Assembly (NCBI GenBank): GCA_034189385.1
Contig: JAXHVD010000011.1
Location: 64,001 to 128,000 of the forward strand
DNA length: 64,000 nt
Source of the DNA: Thermodesulfobacteriota bacterium
Lineage (GTDB): Bacteria > Desulfobacterota > Desulfobacteria > Desulfobacterales > C00003060
Direction of reading: 5' to 3'
The number at the start of each line of letters is the position of its first letter. The stretch's first letter is position 1. Under the pieces are notes generated by a model that saw nothing but the letters and a program-made list of their open reading frames with translations, was not told the DNA's origin and made no database searches. Below are positions 20,308-30,250 of the stretch, piece after piece. Both the position numbers and the translations under genes were made by a program.

Positions 20308-21201
20308 ATGAAAGGGTCCGATAGCATCCCTCGGTTTTCTTTGATTGTTCCTGCATACAATGAGGAGGCCTATCTGCCTGCTCTCCTGAAGAGCGTGCAC
20401 AAGGCACGTACGTCCTATGTGGGTGGGGCAGATGCCATCGAGGTTCTCGTCGTGGATAACGCATCCACGGATGCAACGGCAGACCTGGCCAGAAGACAGG
20501 GTTGCCGCGTGGTGCGAGAAGAAAAGCGCGTCATTGCTGCAGTTCGCAATGCCGGTGCCCGGGAGGCCTGGGGACAGATCTTCGTGTTCGTCGATGCAGA
20601 CAGCGTTATCCACCCTGATACCTTCAATGCCATTGACAAGAGCCTTTCCACCGGCAAGGTGATAGCCGGCACATCGGGCGTGAAGATGCAGAGGATGTCT
20701 CTCGGCATTGCCGTGACCTATCTGCTGATGGTCCCCTTGGTGTGGCTTACGGGGATGGACACGGGCGTGGTCTTTTGCCGCCGGGAGGACTTCAGGATCA
20801 TCGGAGGTTACAACGAGGGGCGTCTTTATGCTGAAGACGTTCAGCTTCTGTGGGATCTCATGTTATTGGGTCGCAAACGCCAACAGAAACTTGCCCGCAC
20901 CACATCAGTGAAGGCCATTTTCTCAACCCGCAAGTTTGACGACCATGGTGACTGGCACTATTGGTGGCTAATGGCCCGTTTCCTCTGGGGACTGGTATTT
21001 TCACCACGCTCTATGGGTGACTTTGCCCTGACCTACTGGTACAGTGATGAACGCACCAAACCAAAGGAGGAAAACAAGACCAGGGCTTTGTATACTCCTG
21101 ACACTGAAGATTGGCAAGGGCGCAGACAGAATGCGGGGAGCATACCATCAGAGAGAAATGGCAGAAGAAGCCCGTTCAAAGATAAGTGTTTTTGGCAATA
21201 G
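20308..21201 (+). CDS. Glycosyltransferase family 2
   Basis: SLIVPAYNEE, VVDNASTD, RNAGA, FVDAD, AEDV. Confidence 0.9.
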   Translation: MKGSDSIPRFSLIVPAYNEEAYLPALLKSVHKARTSYVGGADAIEVLVVDNASTDATADLARRQGCRVVREEKRVIAAVRNAGAREAWGQIFVFVDADSVIHPDTFNAIDKSLSTGKVIAGTSGVKMQRMSLGIAVTYLLMVPLVWLTGMDTGVVFCRREDFRIIGGYNEGRLYAEDVQLLWDLMLLGRKRQQKLARTTSVKAIFSTRKFDDHGDWHYWWLMARFLWGLVFSPRSMGDFALTYWYSDERTKPKEENKTRALYTPDTEDWQGRRQNAGSIPSERNGRRSPFKDKCFWQ

Positions 21202-21222
21202 ATACTCTTGGGTAGTATTTTC

Positions 21223-22083
21223 ATGGATCTCGCGCAGGCAGCCTTAGTCCTTGAAGGCGGGGGTTTTAGGGGGGTGTACACTTCCGGCGTCCTCGCCTTC
21301 TTCATGGATAAGAATCTTCATTTTTTCTACGTCATTGGCGTCTCCATGGGGGCCTGCAATGCCGCAAGCTATATCTCCCGGCAACGGGAAAGAAACAGAA
21401 TCGTCAATATCCGATATGTCAATGATGCTCGCTACATGAGCTATCTTCGGCTTCTCACCAAAGGCGAACTGTTCGGCATGGATTTCATTTTCGACACCAT
21501 CCCCAACGCTCTTGTGCCATTCGACTTTAAGACTTTTATGAAAAGCGAGCAGAAATGCCTCACCACAGTGACCGACTGCAAAACAGGCGAGGCGGTCTAC
21601 TATGAAAAGGGAGAGCTCGGTGCAGATTATATGAAGATACTCCGGGCATCGAGCAGCTTGCCGTATATTGCTAAACCTGTCCATTACAAAGGGCGGGTTC
21701 TAATGGATGGCGGGCTGTCTGATTCCATTCCCATTGAAAAGAGCATCCATGACGGAAACACGAAAAACGTTCTTGTCCTGACCCGTCCCAAGGGCTACCG
21801 TAAGAAACGTTCCCCTCTCGTGGTATTGGCTCACTTACGGTATCCCAGATACAAGGGCTTGTGTAGATCTCTCAGCGATCGGCACCTTCGGTACAATGCT
21901 ACCATGGAATACATAGACCGGCTAGAAGAGGAGGATCGCGTATTCGTCATCCGGCCTCAGTTCCCTCTAAATCCTGGAAGAATCGAACGAAATAAGGACA
22001 AACTATATGGGGTCTATGACCAGGGCTATGCCGATGCTCGGGCATCTTACAAAACCCTTTGTTCCTATTTGATGGGCTCGTAA
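21223..22083 (+). CDS. Patatin-family phospholipase
   Basis: LEGGGFRG, GVSMG (GxSxG), DGG. Confidence 0.92.
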   Translation: MDLAQAALVLEGGGFRGVYTSGVLAFFMDKNLHFFYVIGVSMGACNAASYISRQRERNRIVNIRYVNDARYMSYLRLLTKGELFGMDFIFDTIPNALVPFDFKTFMKSEQKCLTTVTDCKTGEAVYYEKGELGADYMKILRASSSLPYIAKPVHYKGRVLMDGGLSDSIPIEKSIHDGNTKNVLVLTRPKGYRKKRSPLVVLAHLRYPRYKGLCRSLSDRHLRYNATMEYIDRLEEEDRVFVIRPQFPLNPGRIERNKDKLYGVYDQGYADARASYKTLCSYLMGS

Positions 22084-22214
22084 AAAATGCCTTTTGTGAG
22101 ACCGTCCTATATGGCTTCCAGTCAGTGCCTGCAAGATGCACCTCTGAAGTATTCGGCAAAGAGGCAAAGGCTCGGCCCTCAGTCAGAAGCGCCTGGAGTA
22201 ACGGGAGGGTATCT

Positions 22215-23207
22215 GTGGACCTTTTAAGAAAGCTGCAAAGATGGTGGATGCTGGCAGTCCTTTTAGCCGTTTGTGGATGCGCCCATCACGCCAAGGTTTT
22301 ACCGGAAAAGATTCGCACCGTTTATGCAGTTGAGAACAAAACCGATGATCCTTCGACCTTTCTTGCCCCCCTTTTTCTCACCTACGAACATGAGAATCCG
22401 TACAACCGTATCGGCAGGCCCTCGGCTATTGGTGGTGAAGAGGGGCAAAAGGGCATCTTTGTAGATACTGACAAGCCTGCCGTTTACTACATGGTACGCA
22501 GGTTCACAACGGACAGGGGCGAATACACCAACTACATCTACAGGGTCCACTTTCCTAAAGTCCCCTTCAGTATGATCCCCTTCAATCTCACTGCCGGAAA
22601 AAATGTAGGGCTCATGATTGTTCTCACGGTAGACTCTGAGAATCGGCCCCTTTTGATCACCACCGTTCACACCTGTGGTTGCTATCGCGCAACCTTGCCC
22701 ACCTCCTATCTTCCCGCTGACGCCCTTCCAGAAGACTGGGAGGACGGCCCTTTGGACGTCTTTGGTGAAAAGCTTCCCTGGAGCCTCGATTATGCTGAGA
22801 TGGAGAGTCCCAGGCTTCTTGTTCATCTCCGTCCGGGGGTGCACAGGGTGATGAACCTTGAGGTCATGGAGGAAAAGGCGTTGAACAGCAACAGCGGTTT
22901 TCACCTAATTGAAACGCCCTTGCTCCCTATGGATGAACTGGAAAGCATCCCTTTGAACGGAGACACCACAAGCTTTTATCATGATAAGGGGTGGCTAAAA
23001 GGGCATGTGAAAGGCTCCGTGAAGTTGTTGGAATCAATCTTTTTGAGTCTTATCAGTTTTGATTTGTTTGTGGGAACAGACAAGGCTTACGGGGACCCAG
23101 ACGTGACGGGCAATCCTTTCTACACCAGCCTGAAGCCGTGGAATAGGAACGCCTCTGATATGTGGGATTTTGCGAGGTTCCTTCAATTCTGGGGCTGGAA
23201 ATTATAG
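22215..23207 (+). CDS. Hypothetical lipoprotein
   Basis: GTG with GGAGG; lipobox VCGC; HTCGCY motif. Confidence 0.7.
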   Translation: MDLLRKLQRWWMLAVLLAVCGCAHHAKVLPEKIRTVYAVENKTDDPSTFLAPLFLTYEHENPYNRIGRPSAIGGEEGQKGIFVDTDKPAVYYMVRRFTTDRGEYTNYIYRVHFPKVPFSMIPFNLTAGKNVGLMIVLTVDSENRPLLITTVHTCGCYRATLPTSYLPADALPEDWEDGPLDVFGEKLPWSLDYAEMESPRLLVHLRPGVHRVMNLEVMEEKALNSNSGFHLIETPLLPMDELESIPLNGDTTSFYHDKGWLKGHVKGSVKLLESIFLSLISFDLFVGTDKAYGDPDVTGNPFYTSLKPWNRNASDMWDFARFLQFWGWKL

Positions 23208-23316
23208 GAGGGCTCCGTTGCTCGTGTCGCATGGCTAAGCCCATGGAGTCCTTTTTCGTCCCGTCAAACGTAGACCGATATACGGTGTCAGTGGCTCGGT
23301 GGGGCCGCCAAAGATG

Positions 23317-23787
23317 TCACTCCACTACCCACACCGTGCAATTGCGGGCATGGGTGACGATCTTGCTGGAGACACTTCCGAAGAGAAACTCTTCACTCCG
23401 TGAAAGTCCCTGTCTTCCGACAACAATGGTGTCATATTTAATTTCGTCCCGTTCAGAAAGGATGCACTCCGCCATAGAAGGGCAGTAACGGAGAGGAGAG
23501 CGGACGGACACGTCCTTTGGGTCAAAACCGGCCTGGATGAGGATGTCTCGGCAATCGTCCAACAAGGCGTTGATCTTTTCTTTGTATTGCCGGAGCCATT
23601 CGTCTTTTTCTGCCGTGTTTGGGAAATAGTCTTCATCTGCTTCCTGGAGGACGTGTAGAATGGTAACCCTAAACCCCTTGACGCCTCCAAGAAGCTGGCC
23701 CACATAATCGACAGCCCGTCTGGCATTGTCAGAGTCGTCAACAGCCACAAGGATGTTTTTGTTAAATACCCTTCTTTGTGAAGTCAT
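23317..23787 (-). CDS. Universal stress protein
   Basis: ILVAVDDS, IVVGRQG, FGSVSSKI. Confidence 0.92.
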   Translation of the reverse strand: MTSQRRVFNKNILVAVDDSDNARRAVDYVGQLLGGVKGFRVTILHVLQEADEDYFPNTAEKDEWLRQYKEKINALLDDCRDILIQAGFDPKDVSVRSPLRYCPSMAECILSERDEIKYDTIVVGRQGLSRSEEFLFGSVSSKIVTHARNCTVWVVE

Positions 23788-23869
23788 GGTCTCCCCCTCT
23801 TGCTTCCGGACTGGATGCCCCATTAGCTCCGGCGTGCATGTGATACCTCAACCCTTCTCGCCGGGCAGT

Positions 23870-24847
23870 TCATGATTGCGCCTCCCTGAAGGCCCCCAGG
23901 TCTTCTAGAAGCTCTCCAGTGGTTTCATAGAATCGGTTGGCACCTCTTGAAAAATGCAAAAAGACACGGTTTAGGGCCTCTGGTATGTAAGGATAAACCT
24001 TTTTCAAATTCACGACGCGATTTCGAAATACAATGTTGAGGTCTGCCTCCCTGAGCGTACCCAGGGCCCGGTGATCCTGTTGCTTCAAATCTTGTAGGAG
24101 CACATCTCCCATGCCTGCCAAAAAGGCCAAGACATTACCCAGCCCAAAGAGGTCGTAACCGTAGATATTTTCCCTGTGACGATAATTGAAGTCAAAATCG
24201 ATCCACCGGAAATCTCCTGTCTCTCGGTCCACCAGGATGTGGTCTCTCCTGATGTCTCCGTGTTTTTCGCCGTGATGGTGAAGGAACTGGACGGCCTGAA
24301 TGCATTCTATGAACCGATCCAAGATGCCTGGGAATGTGTTGAAGTAATAGTCCTCATGATCCCCTTGTCGGTTCTGCAGGTACTTGTACAAAGAGGGCCC
24401 GTAGATGAAGTCCAGGACACGCACCACGTTTTCCTTGTCATCACACACTGAATACCCGTGCATGAAGTTCTTGTGGCCGGAGACCAGGTCCAGAATGCGG
24501 GCCTCTTTTCTGGGGCTTCGAAAGCACTCGAACTCATAACCGGCGACATGGGCCTTGAACCTTTCATGGAAGACAAGTTTGATAATCTTGTGACTTCCGT
24601 CCGAAAGGTCGATGGCCCGCTTCACCCAGTATTTGACTTCGTCATCTAGGCCGAACCGTCCCTCTTTGGCATTGTGCCGAATAAGATAGGCTCTTCCATC
24701 CAAATCCACGATATCACCATAATCCACGCCGAAAAAATCGGTGGTATCTCTATGAATCTTAAGACGTGAAGCGTCTTGGCCGGCAGGAAGCCAGCGGGAA
24801 GCCATTTCACAGAAGCCTTTTTCAGAGATGGGTGCTGCCATCGGCAT
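23870..24847 (-). CDS. Atypical protein kinase-like protein
   Basis: KIIKL, HGDIRRDHIL catalytic loop, WIDFD, DLFGLG. Confidence 0.8.
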   Translation of the reverse strand: MPMAAPISEKGFCEMASRWLPAGQDASRLKIHRDTTDFFGVDYGDIVDLDGRAYLIRHNAKEGRFGLDDEVKYWVKRAIDLSDGSHKIIKLVFHERFKAHVAGYEFECFRSPRKEARILDLVSGHKNFMHGYSVCDDKENVVRVLDFIYGPSLYKYLQNRQGDHEDYYFNTFPGILDRFIECIQAVQFLHHHGEKHGDIRRDHILVDRETGDFRWIDFDFNYRHRENIYGYDLFGLGNVLAFLAGMGDVLLQDLKQQDHRALGTLREADLNIVFRNRVVNLKKVYPYIPEALNRVFLHFSRGANRFYETTGELLEDLGAFREAQS

Positions 24848-25445
24848 GCCTCATTGCATACTCAAAGGGGGATGTTAAAGGACGACGAGAACATAGCGTA
24901 AAGACCTGTAGGTGTCAATTTGGGCCCATTTTCACCTGATTGCAGATGAACCCCTTCTTGGACCGGGCAGTGTCTGTCCATCCATGCGTCTTCATACCGC
25001 AACCACTGACGCCAGTGGCCAATTCAGCCTCCCACAGGCGGATGCAAGAGGTCCAAAACGTGTCTTCTCAGTTTAGATTTTAAATGGCGATTCAACTGGT
25101 TAGGCGAAATGTGGCGGGTTGACTTGAATGGCTCCCTCTTTGCCTCGGCTCCCCACTTGGAACTCGAGACTTGCCCTTGTGCCGTCGTGAGTCCTCTGAG
25201 AGACTCCGTAGTTTCCGCATGATGAATAGGTAGTTTTTGCGTAAAAAAATGGTCACTTGAGGGGATTGATTCTCTGGCTCTGGTCTGATATCGGCCAATT
25301 GGGGGAAGCGCTACGGGGCAGCCTATTGGCCGGCTCACGGAACCCGGAAAATGGCTTGATGGTGACACTCTACCTTTTAAAGGAACTCCTGAGACACCAC
25401 ACTGGCGGCATAACATGAACTCAATTCTGAAAGAGGTGGCAAACA

Positions 25446-25733
25446 ATGGCACTGACAAAGAATGAGATCGTTGATTCCATGTACAGAAAACTCAACCTTC
25501 CGAAGAGGAAATGTGCGGACACCGTTACAGCCTTGTTGGAAATCATGAAGCGAACTCTCGTAAATGGTGAAGAGATCATGATCAGCAGGTTCGGGAAGTT
25601 CTCCGTGAGAAGTAAGAATGCACGGATAGGAAGAAATCCTCAAACCGGCCAAGGGCTGATGTTGAGACCAAGGAAAGTGGTGATCTTCAAGTCCTCCGAG
25701 GTGTTGAGAGATCGGGTGAATGGTAGGCGATAG
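25446..25733 (+). CDS. ihfA: Integration host factor alpha-like subunit
   Basis: MALTKNEIV, ISRFGKF, RIGRNPQTG, RKVVIFK. Confidence 0.9.
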   Translation: MALTKNEIVDSMYRKLNLPKRKCADTVTALLEIMKRTLVNGEEIMISRFGKFSVRSKNARIGRNPQTGQGLMLRPRKVVIFKSSEVLRDRVNGRR

Positions 25734-26158
25734 ACTGGAGCTTGGCATCCTCGCCCGAGGAGCCTGACCTCAACCCATGGGCCCAGGAACCGGATGCAAG
25801 CTGTCATATTCGTCACAAAGCCCCCATGAAGCCAGCTGGTTGGTAGCTTCTTGGCTCTTGGCAAGGATAGCTGCTGTCGTCGAGCAAGCTTTGGCCAGTT
25901 AGATTATCGTCTAATATCTTTGAATTTTGCCGGATCGTTTTCGCTGGGGTCTCCTCACTTTTCCAAGGAGATTAACATCTACAATATGTGGTGCTGCTTT
26001 TCCGTCTAAGAGGGTCCGCGCAAACCCTTTCTTGGTCTCTGTGCAGGTCGTTTTTTGATTTGTCCGGACCTGTGAGTTTGGTATCGGCCGGCCTGTTACG
26101 ATTCCTTTGGTACATACGGCATGAGATCTCCGAGCCTGTCTGTCCCTCTTAAGCAACC

Positions 26159-26306
26159 GTCAAAATATTGACAAATTAGAAGCAGTAGATCTCGTTGCCA
26201 TGCAATTTCGCGCTGAGCCCCTAGAATAAAGAACGTCCAACTATTTGCAATTAGGCGACATTGGTAGGCAACATTCGTGTCCGATTGCGTTGGCATGTGT
26301 CGTGCA
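26159..26306 (+). promoter_or_regulatory. Candidate sigma-54 promoter with upstream palindrome
   Basis: TTGGCATGTGTCGTGCA (26290-26306, GG-N10-GC); GTCAA-AATA-TTGAC (26159-26172). Confidence 0.5.
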
Positions 26307-26343
26307 GGAGGTAGTGATGGTTTATCGTTTTCAAGGAGGCACA

Positions 26344-28746
26344 GTGAAGACCGCCAGCACGCAGAGAGAACAACCTGTTGTGCTAGTAGCAGATGACGAC
26401 ATGACTATTCGGCTTCTTGCCCGTGAGTCACTGGAACAGGTCGGCCTTACCGTGGAGGAAGCTGAAGATGGGGCGCAGGCCCTGTCTGCCTTTAAGCGTT
26501 TGCAGCCCGATATCGTATTGCTAGACGTTCTTATGCCCGAGGTGGACGGTTTTGGTGTGTGCGAAGCCATTCGAAAGTTGTCGGGTGGTGAGGCAACGCC
26601 GGTCCTGATGATCACAGGGGCTGATGACATTGAATCCATAAACCGGGCGTATGAGGCAGGGGCCACGGACTTTGCGCCCAAACCCATCAACTGGCTAATT
26701 CTGCAGCACCGTGTACGGTACATGTTACGAGCAATCCGAGATGCTAAAAAGCTCCGAGAAAGTGAGTCCCAACTTTCCCACGCCCACCATCTTGCTCATC
26801 TGGGCAATTGGCACTGGAACATAAAGACAAATGAGGTGACATGGTCCGACGAGCTCTATCGAATACTTGGCCTAACACCGAAGGCCTTTAGCCTTTCGCC
26901 GGATGCTTTCCTGAGTCTAGTTCATCCTGAAGAGATTCCATTTGTGAAACGATCGCTTCATGAAGCTCTCTACGAGCAGAAGCCTTACAAGATCGATCAT
27001 CGCATCGTTCTTCCTGATGGGTCGGCTCGGTTTGTTCACCAAGAGGGGGAGGTGACGTGGGATGAAGCTGGCCAGCCCACGTGGATGGCTGGCACAGTCC
27101 AAGACATTACTGAGCGGAAAGAGACCGAACAGGCCTTAGAGAAGGCAAAAGAAGTAGCGGAGGCGGCCAGCCAGGCGAAAAGCGAATTTCTGGCGAACAT
27201 GTCCCACGAGATTCGCACGCCCATGAATGCCGTCATCGGGATGACGGAACTGCTTCTTGACACGGCGTTGAGCCCTGAACAGCAGGAGTATGCCGAGACA
27301 GTGAGTACCAGTGCCGAGTCTCTGCTGGGGGTCATCAATGATATCTTAGATTTTGCCAAGATCGAGGCGCATCACTTAGCCGTGGAGAAGATTGACTTTC
27401 ACCTTAGAATGAGCATTGAAGGCGTGGCTGATATGCTGGCCCCCACGGCCTACAAGAAGGACCTGGAGTTTGCGTGCATCATCGGGGCCGAGGTTCCCTC
27501 GTTGGTTCGGGGCGACCCTGGGCGACTGCGGCAGATATTGGTTAACCTGGTGGGCAATGCTGTGAAGTTTACTAAAAAAGGCGAGGTTGTTGTACGTGTC
27601 TCCTTGGATAAAGAAACGGACACACACGCCACGGTTCGGTTCGCGGTGACAGACACGGGTATTGGCATTCCCTCTGATCGTATGAATCGACTGTTCAAGC
27701 CCTTTTCCCAGGCCGATACCTCCGCGACAAGGAAATATGGTGGCACTGGTCTGGGACTCATTATCTCCAGGCACCTCGCGGAGATGATGGGTGGACACAT
27801 CGGCGTTGAAACCAAGGAGGACGAGGGTTCCACGTTCTGGTTCACAGCTGTATTCCAAAAACAGCCAGAAGTAAAAGAGGCTCCAGCAGTGCTCCCCGCA
27901 GACATCCGGGGAAAAAAGATTCTCTTGGTGGACGACAACACAGTCAACCGCGAACTCTTCCGCGCCTATCTGACGTCCTGGGACTGCCAGTGCCGAGCAG
28001 CTTCGAGCGGACAGGACGGATTGTCTCTGCTACGTGAGGCTGTGGAAGCCGGAGATCCTTTTCACCTGGCCATTCTTGACCACGTGATGCCAGAGATGGA
28101 CGGGGAAGCTCTGGGAAGAGCGATCAAGGCTGATCAAGGGCTCAAAGACACGGCCTTGGTCATGGTCACCTCTTGGGGCCAGCGCGGTGATGCGGCCCGC
28201 ATGAAGGAAATTGGTTTCAGTGCCTATCTGACAAAGCCCATCAAGCAGTCCCAACTCTTCGATTGTCTGGTGACGGTCCTTGGCAGGCCTTCCCGCGGCA
28301 CCGAAAAGGGCGAAAAGCCGGCACTGGTCACTCGCCACACCTTGGCCGAGGCCAAACAAAGGGCCCGCATCCTTCTGGTGGAAGACAATGTTCTGAATCA
28401 GAAACTCGCCCTGCGCCTCCTTGAGAAATCGGGCTACCGGGCCGATGCGGTGTTGAACGGCAAGGAGGCGGTTACGGCCCTTGAAAAGGACGCCTATAAC
28501 CTTGTGCTCATGGATGTGCAGATGCCTGAAATGGACGGTTATGAAGCCACCGGGGTGATCCGTGATCCTGAGTCGAAGGTTCGAAACCATGATGTTCCCA
28601 TCATCGCTATGACAGCCCATGCCATGAAGGGGGACCGAGAACGCTGCCTTGAGGCCGGGATGAATGATTACATTTCCAAGCCCATCCAGGTCCAAAATCT
28701 CGGTGAGGTCATCGAGCGGTTTTTGCGGAACCCCAGTGGGGACTGA
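26344..28746 (+). CDS. Cytoplasmic hybrid histidine kinase (REC-PAS-HisKA-HATPase-REC-REC)
   Basis: [36 protein letters not shown]; three receiver domains; GTG with GGAGG (ATG 26317 alternative). Confidence 0.93.
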   Translation: MKTASTQREQPVVLVADDDMTIRLLARESLEQVGLTVEEAEDGAQALSAFKRLQPDIVLLDVLMPEVDGFGVCEAIRKLSGGEATPVLMITGADDIESINRAYEAGATDFAPKPINWLILQHRVRYMLRAIRDAKKLRESESQLSHAHHLAHLGNWHWNIKTNEVTWSDELYRILGLTPKAFSLSPDAFLSLVHPEEIPFVKRSLHEALYEQKPYKIDHRIVLPDGSARFVHQEGEVTWDEAGQPTWMAGTVQDITERKETEQALEKAKEVAEAASQAKSEFLANMSHEIRTPMNAVIGMTELLLDTALSPEQQEYAETVSTSAESLLGVINDILDFAKIEAHHLAVEKIDFHLRMSIEGVADMLAPTAYKKDLEFACIIGAEVPSLVRGDPGRLRQILVNLVGNAVKFTKKGEVVVRVSLDKETDTHATVRFAVTDTGIGIPSDRMNRLFKPFSQADTSATRKYGGTGLGLIISRHLAEMMGGHIGVETKEDEGSTFWFTAVFQKQPEVKEAPAVLPADIRGKKILLVDDNTVNRELFRAYLTSWDCQCRAASSGQDGLSLLREAVEAGDPFHLAILDHVMPEMDGEALGRAIKADQGLKDTALVMVTSWGQRGDAARMKEIGFSAYLTKPIKQSQLFDCLVTVLGRPSRGTEKGEKPALVTRHTLAEAKQRARILLVEDNVLNQKLALRLLEKSGYRADAVLNGKEAVTALEKDAYNLVLMDVQMPEMDGYEATGVIRDPESKVRNHDVPIIAMTAHAMKGDRERCLEAGMNDYISKPIQVQNLGEVIERFLRNPSGD

Positions 28747-28812
28747 ACTACCGATTAGATTAATTTGCCTAGTTTTAGACACCGACACGGTTCATTTGTA
28801 GGATGATGAAAC

Positions 28813-29685
28813 ATGCTTGCTCCCATTGAGATTGACACAAGAACTTTTCTTCGTGAGCACTTCGCCCTGCCCGCTCTGCCAGAGGTTGTCACCAAGATTC
28901 AGGCCCTGATCCAGGACGACAAGGCTGACACGAAAACGCTCGCCGAGCTTATCAGTGGTGATTCAGCCATCTTGGGACAGGTCCTCAAGATCGTCAATTC
29001 TGCTTACTACGGGCTTCCAAAAGAAGTCACCAATGTGCAGTTTGCTGTCGCCTATCTGGGGCTCAATGAAATCTATCGTGTTGTCCTGTGCGTGTCTGTG
29101 ATCAACGCCCTGGCCATTGACAAAAAGGACGAACTCAATGAGTTATGGTTTCACTCCTTTTATGCAGCCCTTTGCACCAAATACCTGGCCAAGAGGTTCG
29201 AACCCCACCTGTCCCTCGAAGAATTGTGGTCCGCAGCCATGCTCCATGACATTGGAAAATTGGTCTATATGAAATTCTTTCCTGACCATTACGCAGCACT
29301 TAAAGCATTTTCCAAAGAACAAGGTTGCCTGTTTAGCGAAGCAGAGAAGCATTTTTCGCTGCCTTCGAGTGCTTTTTTCGGGACCCTGCTTTGTGACCAC
29401 TGGAGACTTCCTGATGAAATTAGACGGGCCTGTGAATGCCATACGTTAGAAGATATTGCAGCCATGAGGGCCGACAGCTCACCAAGACCGTTTCAACGGA
29501 TGATCTGCCTGGGCAATCTGTTGACGGTCCTATCCACAAATGACCTCAGCAATAACAAGAAACAGGCGATAGCCGATGCAAGCAGGTCTGCCTTGAACCA
29601 AACCGAAAAGGAATTCTTGGTGATGATGGGCGACATCTACGACCTCCGGGCAGACGTCGAACAATTTCTGGAGAAGCTCGGCTAG
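28813..29685 (+). CDS. HDOD-domain protein
   Basis: LPALPEV, LKIVNSAYYG, AMLHDIGKL, HWRLP. Confidence 0.92.
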   Translation: MLAPIEIDTRTFLREHFALPALPEVVTKIQALIQDDKADTKTLAELISGDSAILGQVLKIVNSAYYGLPKEVTNVQFAVAYLGLNEIYRVVLCVSVINALAIDKKDELNELWFHSFYAALCTKYLAKRFEPHLSLEELWSAAMLHDIGKLVYMKFFPDHYAALKAFSKEQGCLFSEAEKHFSLPSSAFFGTLLCDHWRLPDEIRRACECHTLEDIAAMRADSSPRPFQRMICLGNLLTVLSTNDLSNNKKQAIADASRSALNQTEKEFLVMMGDIYDLRADVEQFLEKLG

Positions 29686-29775
29686 TCGTAAGGTTTCGCA
29701 ATGGCGTTCACCGGGAAGCACCTGTGATGCAAAAGCTCCAACAGGCATCTGCCCCGTTTAAAGTGTAAACCGCGA

Positions 29776-29858
29776 TTGAAGACTCCCCGCAGCCCGCGCC
29801 GCGCTCGCACTGCCAATAGGCAGAACCTACGGGGCGTGGGCTCGCCTATTTGGTTTAT
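29776..29858. repeat. TTGAA hairpin element, copy C, with loop insert
   Basis: TTGAAGACTCCCCGCAG-[CCCGCGCCGCGCTCGCACTGCCAATAGGCAGAAC]-CTACGGGG...CTCGCCTATTTGGTTTAT. Confidence 0.7.
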
Positions 29859-30250
29859 CTTGACAATACAATCCCTTGACTTTTGCGCCCTTTTCTTATA
29901 GGGGGCTTTTTGGCGTATGAGTTTGCTGCCCTCTTCTTCTCCACTCATAGGTGCGGCACATGAACAAAGACCTCAAAATGGGCCGACGTTCGCCCTGGCA
30001 GGGAATCGAGTCTTCTGCTCAAAGCCGTGGATACCGTTTTCCCTCGTCGGATCTTGCCCCGCCTGTGCGTCTAGTAGGAAGCCAGCCGAAAAAACCTTCA
30101 AACACTTCTGTAGCAGAGAGAATAAAAGCAATACATAGGAGATCCATGCATTGAAAGCACAAAAGCGTATGGCTGTCCATCTCTTGAGGAGGCAAATGAC
30201 GCTTGTACGACACCCGAGTCACTGATCGGTTTTAGAGAAAGGAGGATTTC

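Noticed and set aside
24850..25445. ORF 25024-25458 and hairpin CGGCCAAT/ATTGGCCG as gene or riboswitch
   Set aside because: No protein motif or RBS; no riboswitch consensus recognised.
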